From: Candidatus Latescibacterota bacterium
GTDB lineage: Bacteria; Latescibacterota; UBA2968; GCA-2709665
Length of the DNA: 64,000 nt
Reading direction: 5' to 3'
Assembly (NCBI GenBank): GCA_965205485.1
Contig: OZ242180.1
Span: 2,880,001-2,944,000, forward strand
Shown here: positions 57,026 through 64,000 of the stretch, one piece after another
Position numbering within the stretch: the stretch's first letter is position 1
How the letters are laid out: every line of letters starts with the position of its first letter
Position numbers and translations under genes: made by a program
Notes under the pieces: generated by a model
Told to the model about the DNA's origin: nothing
The model's input: only the letters and a program-made list of their open reading frames with translations
Database searches by the model: none

Positions 57026-57859
57026 TTAACCATCGACAAAGAGAGATCTTTCGGACGTCGGAATGATGCGAGCGGTTTCGGCGCGCGCGACGATTTCGGC
57101 TATCGCGGCTTCCCCGTCCGGACCGTAGTCCAGAGTATAGGCGTTGACGTACAGGTCGATGAACCGTTGCACGACGGACACATCCATTTCCGGTGCATTC
57201 CGGAGGATGTCCTCTCGGACCAGGCCCGCGTGGGTGTGGGCGTATTCCACGCTCTCCCGCACAGCCTTGTCGATGGCGCGGATCCGGTCGGCGCCCAGGT
57301 CGCGGCGGGCAAGGATGCCTCCAAGCGGAATGGGGTGGCCGGTGGTGCGTTCCCACCATTCGCCCAGATCGATGACTTCACGCAGCCCGAAATCGGGAAA
57401 GGTGAACCGGCTTTCATGAATGATGAGACCGGCGTCGACTTCACCGTTCCGTACCGCATCCATAATGCCGTGGTAAGGCAGAACGACGAGATTCAGGAGG
57501 GAGGGCTCGAACAGGCGCAGCAGCAGGGCGGCGGTGGTCAGTCTTCCGGGTATCGCGATCTTTTTTCGGGTCAGTTCCGACGGTCTCAGGGGTCTGAGGG
57601 AAACGACGAGAGGACCGCACCCGCGGCCCAGGGCGCCGCCCGAATGGAGAAGGCAGTACCGGTCTCGAAGGCGGCCCAGGGCGTGAAAGGAAACCTTGGT
57701 GACGTCCAATCGCCCGTCGATGGCCAGCCGGTTGAGCGCTTCTATGTCATCGAGGATCGTCTCAAACACGGGTGCATCGGAGATCTTGCCATGGGCGAGG
57801 CCGTAGAAGATGTAGCTGTCGTTGGGACTGGGAGAGTAACCGAGTGAAACGACGGCCAT
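57026..57859 (-). CDS. mqnD: 1,4-dihydroxy-6-naphthoate synthase (futalosine pathway)
   Basis: GYSP.PND..IF, DIE.LN, GGALGRGCGP, TTAALL, IIHE.RF, DLGEWW, PIPLG. Confidence 0.93.
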   Translation of the reverse strand: MAVVSLGYSPSPNDSYIFYGLAHGKISDAPVFETILDDIEALNRLAIDGRLDVTKVSFHALGRLRDRYCLLHSGGALGRGCGPLVVSLRPLRPSELTRKKIAIPGRLTTAALLLRLFEPSLLNLVVLPYHGIMDAVRNGEVDAGLIIHESRFTFPDFGLREVIDLGEWWERTTGHPIPLGGILARRDLGADRIRAIDKAVRESVEYAHTHAGLVREDILRNAPEMDVSVVQRFIDLYVNAYTLDYGPDGEAAIAEIVARAETARIIPTSERSLFVDG

Positions 57860-57865
57860 CGGTAC

Positions 57866-57985
57866 CTCGAGATATACGAGATAAACGAGAATACGAAAAG
57901 GCGAAGAGATGACGAGGCCAAAAGTGAATGATGTATTCGCCTTTCGTAGTTTCGATTATTCGTAGTTTCGTTTCTTCGCAGTTTC
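57866..57985. repeat. ACGA-periodic palindromic intergenic repeat, copy 2 (inverted relative to copy 1)
   Basis: ACGAGAATACGAAAAGGCGAAGAGATGACGAGGCCAAAAGTGAATGATGTATTC matches the reverse complement of about 45173-45226 with 2 mismatches. Confidence 0.75.
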
Positions 57986-58717
57986 TCACGGCGCCAGGTT
58001 TTCGATCAGGACGCGCGCAGCCTCTTGGGCGTTTCCGGATGCCAGAGGGAGCTTCCAGGCGGCCGTGTTCCGGTCTTCCACGAGATTGCTGATGCCGCGC
58101 AGTTCGATGAAAGGAACGTCGTACAGCGTGCACACATGCGCGGCGGCCGCGCCTTCCATATTCTCGCAGATCGCGTTGAACCGCGCTGCGAGTTCGTTGC
58201 CTTTGGCGGCGAGGCCGCTGCATTGCTGTACAGTCACGAAAGGACCCGAGCGCACGGCCGGAACTGCATCCGGCCGCATATTGAGAATCACGGCTGCCGC
58301 GCGCCGGGCAAGGGCCGCGTCGAGCGGAAAGGTATTGTAGTGGTTCCGGTTTCTGCTCAGAACCGGGATGCCGATGCGATCGGCCGAAAGCCAGCCGTTG
58401 GGCGCGAGGATGCCCAATTCCCCGTCGTTCTCTTCGGTGGCCACGGCGAGGTCGCCCACGTTCAGCTGAGAGCCAGGGTAGGCGCCGCCGACGCCGACCT
58501 GAAGAACGATGTCGGGCCGGCCGGACTCCAGAGCCGCGGTGAGCGCCTGCGCCGTATTGACGGCGCCGATACCGGTCTCGATCAGGGCAACGCGGCGCGT
58601 CCCCAATGTACCGTCGGTTCGCGCCCTGTGGGCGAAGGTGCGCGAGGTCGGGTGCGAAATGCTCCTTCTGAGCGTCTCCTGCTCGAATGCAGTGGCTGTG
58701 AGTACCAGGATGTCCAT
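57986..58717 (-). CDS. mqnB: Futalosine hydrolase
   Basis: ILVLTAT..E, GIG.VN, GVGGAY, FVTV...SG, ENMEGAAAAH, RGISN.VEDR...W; adjacent to mqnD. Confidence 0.92.
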   Translation of the reverse strand: MDILVLTATAFEQETLRRSISHPTSRTFAHRARTDGTLGTRRVALIETGIGAVNTAQALTAALESGRPDIVLQVGVGGAYPGSQLNVGDLAVATEENDGELGILAPNGWLSADRIGIPVLSRNRNHYNTFPLDAALARRAAAVILNMRPDAVPAVRSGPFVTVQQCSGLAAKGNELAARFNAICENMEGAAAAHVCTLYDVPFIELRGISNLVEDRNTAAWKLPLASGNAQEAARVLIENLAP

Positions 58718-58817
58718 CGGATGTTTGCAGATCGGGCAGGCGTTCTGCGCGGTGAAGCGGGACGGGGTTTCGGATCAACCCGATACCATTCCCATCGGCG
58801 GGTCCGGTACGCGACCG

Positions 58818-59837
58818 TCATCCCAGGCGGGTCGATACCCCGAGCTGGCGGGCGACGGATTCAAGATCGGTCACATGGGGAAGCAGCATGGGGATACCGT
58901 TTTCGAGATTGCGTTCGCGGGTGATCCATTCGGGCTCACCGGGGTAGTGGACGCGGTCGACGCCGGGCGCCGGCCGGGCCTCGCGGATCGTCTGAATGCG
59001 GGCGTCGACTTCTGCTGCGAAGGTATCGGGATCGGCGAAGGTTGACACGTCGATCGCGATGAACAGATAGCCGAACTTTTCGACGTCGGGAAAAGCGGCG
59101 CCGGCCAGGATGCCGCCGATACAATGCATCACGATTGCGAGGCCCGATCCCTTGGGGCCGAGAGGTACGACAATACTTGCTTCAGCCGGGTCGTCCGTGG
59201 GATTGCCAGCCGCGTCCAGCGCCCACCCCAGGGGGATCTTCTCGCCGCGGGCCCGGGCAATCTCGATCTTGCCGGCGGCAACAACACCGGTGGCCATATC
59301 CAGGATGATGGGGCGTTTCCGCCCGGCGGGGATCCCGTACGCGAAAGGCGCGTTCCCGATGGCGGGTTCAATGCTGCCGTACGGCGCCATGTTGCCCCGG
59401 TTTTTTCGTCCGCCGGTGGTGTTGAATCCCACCATGCCGGCCTCGGCCGCCATGTTGGCATAGTAGGCCGCGGCGCCGTAGTGGTTGGTATTCCGGACCG
59501 CGGCCATGCCGATGCCCGACCCCTCGGCTTTCCGGATCGCTAGCTTCATCGCCCTGTATGCGGCCACCTGTCCGAGGGCGTTGTCCGCGTCCATGTGAAC
59601 GTACGCGGCCCCCTCGCTCAGGACACGGGGATGGGCGTTCGGGTTGATATCGCCTTTCAGGATCTGGCGGATATAGCCCGCGATGGCGCGCGCACCATGA
59701 GAATGCACACCGCGGAGGTCTGCTTCAACCTGGATGCGGGCCGTGATTCTGGCGTCGGTTTCAGGCACACCCGCTGCATTGAGGAGGTCAACGCAATAGG
59801 TATTGAGTGCGGTGTGCGAGACGGTGCGTGTCGTCAC
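58818..59837 (-). CDS. Ldh_2-family (malate/L-lactate/ureidoglycolate/sulfolactate-type) dehydrogenase
   Basis: ADLRGVHSHG, RNTNHYG, LDMAT, G.PTDDP, KGSGL, YPGE.E. Confidence 0.9.
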   Translation of the reverse strand: MTTRTVSHTALNTYCVDLLNAAGVPETDARITARIQVEADLRGVHSHGARAIAGYIRQILKGDINPNAHPRVLSEGAAYVHMDADNALGQVAAYRAMKLAIRKAEGSGIGMAAVRNTNHYGAAAYYANMAAEAGMVGFNTTGGRKNRGNMAPYGSIEPAIGNAPFAYGIPAGRKRPIILDMATGVVAAGKIEIARARGEKIPLGWALDAAGNPTDDPAEASIVVPLGPKGSGLAIVMHCIGGILAGAAFPDVEKFGYLFIAIDVSTFADPDTFAAEVDARIQTIREARPAPGVDRVHYPGEPEWITRERNLENGIPMLLPHVTDLESVARQLGVSTRLG

Positions 59838-59881
59838 AATACGGAGCCAGATGTCGGAATTGCAAGGCGAAAACGAGCGGA

Positions 59882-61273
59882 TCAGCTGGCTTTGCGCCCG
59901 GCCTGCCAGGTCGCATACCGGTCCGGGAGGTTGATCTTGACCTGTTCTTCCAGTTCCTCGTCCGTTATTGCGCTCATCCGTCCGTGTACTTCATATTGGT
60001 CCATCACCCAGCGGGCGACCTTGTGCACTTTGATCTTGCTGAGCCGGTCGCTGCCCTTGAGACCCAGGAACTCATTGACCCAGAGGGCGACCCCGTCGAC
60101 ACCGGTCTTGTCGGTAATGGCCACTCTGGGCGGACGTCCGAACAGTGCGGTCGTATCGAAGATGTTGTATATGCGTTCATCGGAACGCAGCCCGCCCGCG
60201 TGGATCCCGGCCCGCGTGGTGTTGAAGTCCCGGCCCACGAAAGGGTAGTTCGGCGCGATGTCCACGCCGATGGAGCGCATGTAGTCGGCCATCTCCTGGA
60301 TCATCATCGTATCGATGCCGCAAAGGTCTCCGTGAAGGCCGATGTATTCGAGTATGGCCCCCTCGAGGGGAGGGTTGCCGGTGCGTTCGCCGAAGCCGAA
60401 CAGCGTGGTGTTGAGCGCATTGCAGCCGTAGAGCCACGCGGTAGCCCCGTTGACGTGAACCTTGTGGAAGTCGTTGTGCCCGTGCCATTCCAGGCAATCG
60501 TACGGAACCCCGCCGTCGTTGGTCATCCGGTAGACGAGCTTGGGGATGGACCGCGGCAGGCTTGCGCCCGGATAGCTGATCCCGAATCCCATGGTGTCGC
60601 AGAGCCGTATTTTTGCGCGGAGCTCGGGAGAGACCTGCTCGGAACGGCGCATCAGTTCCTGGACGAAAGGCAGGACGTATCCGTCGATGTCCGCACGGGT
60701 GACGTCTTCAAGGTGACACCGCGGCCGTATGCCGGACTCCCAGGCGGCTTCGACAACCTCCAGGTAGTCGTTGTACGCCTTCCTGCGGTCTTTCTTGAGC
60801 TTGTAGAAGATGTGGTAGTCGGAACTGGGTGTGAGCATTCCGGTTTCCCGTACGCCAGCTTCCTTTACCAGCCGGAAGTCGCCCTTGTCCGCCCGGATCC
60901 AGGAGGTAATTTCGGGAAAACGGTGCCCCAGTGCGCGGCATTCTTCCAGGGTGCGCCGGTCGTTCTTCGTGTAGAGAAAGAACTCGGTCTGCCGGATAAC
61001 GCCGTTGGGCCCGCCGAGCCTGGCCATCATGTCGTAGAGTCTGACCTGCTGTTCCACGGTGTACGGCGGGCGGGCCTGCTGACCGTCCCGAAAGGTGGTG
61101 TCGGTGATGACGAGGTCTCGGGCGAGGGCTTCCTCCGGGTCGAATCTGACGAGTTGGTCTCCGATTTCTTCATAAATCGGGCCGTCAAACAGAATTCTGG
61201 GCGGCAGGTTGTAGTCGAACTGCTCGTCGAGGAGATTCGGCCGGTCAACTTCGATCAGGTCTCCTGCTTTCAT
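59882..61273 (-). CDS. Re-citrate synthase-like DRE-TIM metallolyase
   Basis: DV/EVDRPNL, ITDTTFRDGQQARPPY, EFFLY, PRCHLEDVTRAD, EWHGHNDF, GERTGN, YNIFDT; AGGAG RBS. Confidence 0.82.
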   Translation of the reverse strand: MKAGDLIEVDRPNLLDEQFDYNLPPRILFDGPIYEEIGDQLVRFDPEEALARDLVITDTTFRDGQQARPPYTVEQQVRLYDMMARLGGPNGVIRQTEFFLYTKNDRRTLEECRALGHRFPEITSWIRADKGDFRLVKEAGVRETGMLTPSSDYHIFYKLKKDRRKAYNDYLEVVEAAWESGIRPRCHLEDVTRADIDGYVLPFVQELMRRSEQVSPELRAKIRLCDTMGFGISYPGASLPRSIPKLVYRMTNDGGVPYDCLEWHGHNDFHKVHVNGATAWLYGCNALNTTLFGFGERTGNPPLEGAILEYIGLHGDLCGIDTMMIQEMADYMRSIGVDIAPNYPFVGRDFNTTRAGIHAGGLRSDERIYNIFDTTALFGRPPRVAITDKTGVDGVALWVNEFLGLKGSDRLSKIKVHKVARWVMDQYEVHGRMSAITDEELEEQVKINLPDRYATWQAGRKAS

Positions 61274-61314
61274 GGGGCACGCTCCTGGAAAAAGCGGGGG
61301 CAAGTGGTGCGGAA

Positions 61315-61560
61315 TCAATCGTTTACATACTGTGCGATGAAGTCGATGGCGCCACCCACGGTTTGTACGGCCAGGGCTTCATCTTCGTCCATCTCTATAT
61401 CGAACTCCTCTTCGAATCCGGCCATGAGTTCTACCGATTGTACGGATTCGGCGCCCAGATCCGCGGTGAAGCTCTGGTCCTCAGCGACCTCGGTTGTGTC
61501 GATTCCAAGAACCTTCGAGATCACCCGGTACACGCCTGCCTTGATTGATTCGCGATCCAT
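61315..61560 (-). CDS. Acyl carrier protein with atypical GAES attachment motif
   Basis: 81 aa, acidic, F..DLGAESVQSVEL...FEEEFDIE, TVG.AIDFI. Confidence 0.88.
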   Translation of the reverse strand: MDRESIKAGVYRVISKVLGIDTTEVAEDQSFTADLGAESVQSVELMAGFEEEFDIEMDEDEALAVQTVGGAIDFIAQYVND

Positions 61561-61641
61561 TTGACGCTCCATGAAAATGCAGGGAATATGGAAGGAAGTC
61601 CCGTCGAGGTGTGATGCAACGGATGGTCTTGACGTCCGGAT

Positions 61642-62394
61642 TTAACCCGATTCGAGCCTTGAAGCCGCTTCGCGGTCCACGATGAACGTACAGTCCGGAT
61701 GGCTCTGCAGAAGACTTGCCGGGCAGTCCGTCGAGGGCGGTCCTTCCAGGGCCTGCGCAACGGCATCTGCCTTTCCGGATCCGGTGGCCAGCAGGAGAAT
61801 ACGCCGCGCCTCCCGAATGGTTCCGATTCCGGCCGATAGGGCGAATCGGGGGACGCTGGCGGCATCCGAGAAGAAACGGCCGTCACTGTTCGACGCAATC
61901 GTACTCGGCGCAAGGTTGACGAGACGCGTGCGGCTGTCCACGGCGCTGCCGGGTTCGTTGAATGCGATGTGACCGTTGGTGCCGATGCCGAGCAGCCACA
62001 GGTCGATACCGCCTGCCGCGAGGATTTTCGTCTCGAAGGCCCTGCACTCCAAATCGGGATTGGCGGCCCTGCCGTTCAGGACGTGGGTATTCCAGGGTCG
62101 AATGTCGATTTTCCGAAAAAGGCGGTCGTCCATAAAATAACGGTAGCTCTGATTGTGATCGCCGTCCAGGCCCCAGTATTCGTCCAGGTTGAAGGAGGTT
62201 ACGCGGGCGAATTGGAGGCCCTCGCTGCGATGCAGATCGGCGAGTCTTTGATAGGTCTGTTCCGGTGTGGATCCCGTGGCCAGGCCGATCGCGGCATCCG
62301 GTGTCGCGCGGATCAGACTGGCGATGGTTTCCGACGCTTTGACCGCCACGTCGGCGCCGGTCTCGCATATCTCGAGTTTGATAGTGCCGGACAT
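61642..62394 (-). CDS. nagB: Glucosamine-6-phosphate deaminase
   Basis: GLATGSTP, FNLDEY.G, QSYRYFM, GGIDL.LLGIG.NGHIAFNEPG, CPAS.LQ.H. Confidence 0.95.
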   Translation of the reverse strand: MSGTIKLEICETGADVAVKASETIASLIRATPDAAIGLATGSTPEQTYQRLADLHRSEGLQFARVTSFNLDEYWGLDGDHNQSYRYFMDDRLFRKIDIRPWNTHVLNGRAANPDLECRAFETKILAAGGIDLWLLGIGTNGHIAFNEPGSAVDSRTRLVNLAPSTIASNSDGRFFSDAASVPRFALSAGIGTIREARRILLLATGSGKADAVAQALEGPPSTDCPASLLQSHPDCTFIVDREAASRLESG

Positions 62395-62540
62395 CGGTTA
62401 CTCCCACCGTGGATCGCCGCATAATGGATTGGCGACTGCCTGAAAAGGAAAGGCAATATACGAAATGGCCGGATTGAAGTAAAGGTTTTTGCCCTCGAAC
62501 CGGGAGTCGCGGAACCGGACGGGAAATCGATAGAAAACGC

Positions 62541-62569
62541 TTGCCGTCGGGTGCGGCGCAGGATATCTT
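62541..62569 (+). promoter_or_regulatory. Possible sigma70 promoter for the DUF4954 gene
   Basis: TTGCCG-17 nt-TATCTT in the divergent intergenic region. Confidence 0.4.
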
Positions 62570-62654
62570 ACCCGCCCTCCTGATTCGATAATGACCGGTT
62601 TTTCAGTGAGATACGCACGCCTGAACTGGAACATGAAGGAAGGAGAATTCACGC

Positions 62655-64000
62655 ATGGCTGGCTATCGTGCGCTTTCGAGGGTTGAGGTCGAGGCGATGG
62701 AACGCAACGGGTGCGCGTCCCCGGATTGGTCTAAGGTGAAAGTAAAACACGGATTCAACCCGGATCGGGTGAAGCGCGTCGGATTCTACGGACAGATAAA
62801 AGTGGGCGCCCTGGAAGGCGCGGTGTCCTTCGCCGGCGCGGATTTGCCCGCGGAAATCTCGGACGCAACCCTGATCGATTGCGTTCTGGGCGACAACGTG
62901 CGGGTGACCCGCGTTCGCGGTCACCTCGCGAACTACAGGATCGGCGATGGCGCGGTCGTAACGGACGTCGGGCAGATGGTGACGCGCGCCGGTGCGGCAT
63001 TCGGAAATGGTGTGGTTTTGGAACCCGTCAACGAGGGCGGCGGACGCGAGGTGCCGATGTTCAACGAGATGTCCAGCCAGTTCGCATACGTGATGAGTAT
63101 GCACCGGTACCGGACGGAGATGACGTTGCGCCTGCAGGAGATCGTCGATGCATACGTCACGGAAATCACCTCGGATACGGGCGTGGTCGGCGAACACGCC
63201 GTCGTCGCGCATGTAAATGAGATTCAGGATGTAAATGTCGGTTGCGGCGCGGAGGTCGTCGGGGCGGCCATGCTGAAGAACGGAACCGTACTGAGCGAGG
63301 CGAACGCGCGCACGCGGGTCGGCGCGTCCGTTGTGGCCGAGGATTTCATAATCGCGGAAGGCTCGAGCGTGGAAAGCGGCGCGATCCTTTCCCGGTGCTT
63401 CATTGGGCAGGGAGTCAAGATCGGCAAGCAGTTTTCGGCTGAGAATTCCCTCTTTTTCGCCAATTCGGAGTGCTTTAACGGCGAAGCCTGCGCCGTGTTC
63501 GGCGGTCCCTACACGGTAACGCACCACAAAAGCACGCTTCTGATCGCGGGACTGTATTCGTTCTACAATGCCGGCAGCGGGACCAACCAGAGCAACCACA
63601 TGTACAAGCTCGGCCCCGTGCATCAGGGTGTACTCGAACGGGGAAGCAAGACGGGATCTTCTTCCTATATGCTCCTGCCGAGCGCGGTCGGACCGTTCAC
63701 CGTTGTCATCGGCAAGCATATGACGAACTTCGATACCCGGGATCTGCCGTTTTCATACATCGTCGAGGAACGGGGCACAAGTTACCTGACGCCCGCGATG
63801 AACCTGCACACGGCCGGTACCGTTCGCGATGGCGACAAGTGGCCGAACCGGGACCGGCGTACGGCATCCGACAGGCGCGACAGGATCCGGTACGAGGTGT
63901 TCAGTCCCTACACGGTCGAGCGGATGATGCGGGGTGAGGCGCTTCTCAACGATCTGTACGACAAGACTCCTCGAGACGTGGATCAGGTGCGCCACAACGG
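62655..64000 (+). CDS. DUF4954-family protein (beta-helix-like; runs off the window, absent from the ORF track)
   Basis: ATG after AAGGAG; reads MAGYRALS..GCASPDWSKVKV..FGNGV...VNEGGGREV..GPYTVTHHKSTLLIAG.YSFYNAGSGTNQSNHMYKLGPVHQG; no stop seen before the window end. Confidence 0.82.
   Translation, partial: MAGYRALSRVEVEAMERNGCASPDWSKVKVKHGFNPDRVKRVGFYGQIKVGALEGAVSFAGADLPAEISDATLIDCVLGDNVRVTRVRGHLANYRIGDGAVVTDVGQMVTRAGAAFGNGVVLEPVNEGGGREVPMFNEMSSQFAYVMSMHRYRTEMTLRLQEIVDAYVTEITSDTGVVGEHAVVAHVNEIQDVNVGCGAEVVGAAMLKNGTVLSEANARTRVGASVVAEDFIIAEGSSVESGAILSRCFIGQGVKIGKQFSAENSLFFANSECFNGEACAVFGGPYTVTHHKSTLLIAGLYSFYNAGSGTNQSNHMYKLGPVHQGVLERGSKTGSSSYMLLPSAVGPFTVVIGKHMTNFDTRDLPFSYIVEERGTSYLTPAMNLHTAGTVRDGDKWPNRDRRTASDRRDRIRYEVFSPYTVERMMRGEALLNDLYDKTPRDVDQVRHN

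Noticed and set aside
59807..61564. 585-aa plus-strand ORF
   Set aside because: Antisense shadow of the Re-citrate synthase-like gene and ACP.

Overview
GC-rich bacterial chromosomal window, densely coding, with mostly catabolic and accessory genes: a CzcCBA-type metal efflux pump, two sulfatases, two PhyH-family dioxygenases, several Gfo/Idh/MocA and enolase-superfamily enzymes, peptidases and MFS transporters. Housekeeping genes include tRNA-Pro(TGG), pdxJ, kbl, mmsA, queF, mqnB/mqnD, a Re-citrate synthase-like gene, ACP and nagB. The gene content and a C-terminal GDFDGNGKVDFADF dockerin/EF-hand-like tag suggest an uncultured Latescibacterota/Gemmatimonadota-like heterotroph, possibly sponge-associated (inference only). 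No CRISPR array, integrase, transposase or phage gene was seen. Highlights: (1) a tandem-domain rhodanese whose catalytic Cys codon is an in-frame TGA (8581-8583) with the conserved fold continuing to 8721, i.e. a probable selenoprotein missed by the ORF track; (2) overlapping tandem queF paralogues, the first lacking both catalytic residues; (3) a HAD/enolase-like/GH3 amide ligase/P450 cluster with non-canonical active sites; (4) two PhyH proteins lacking the HxD carboxylate, a halogenase-like pattern; (5) an atypical ACP next to the Re-citrate synthase-like gene; (6) a P-loop ATPase/small-protein TA-like pair with a frameshift-like lesion at the start of the next gene; (7) several non-coding elements (MITE, REP, short-period palindromic repeats, a G-U-rich hairpin near the tRNA). 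All calls come from reading motifs by eye; no database searches were run.
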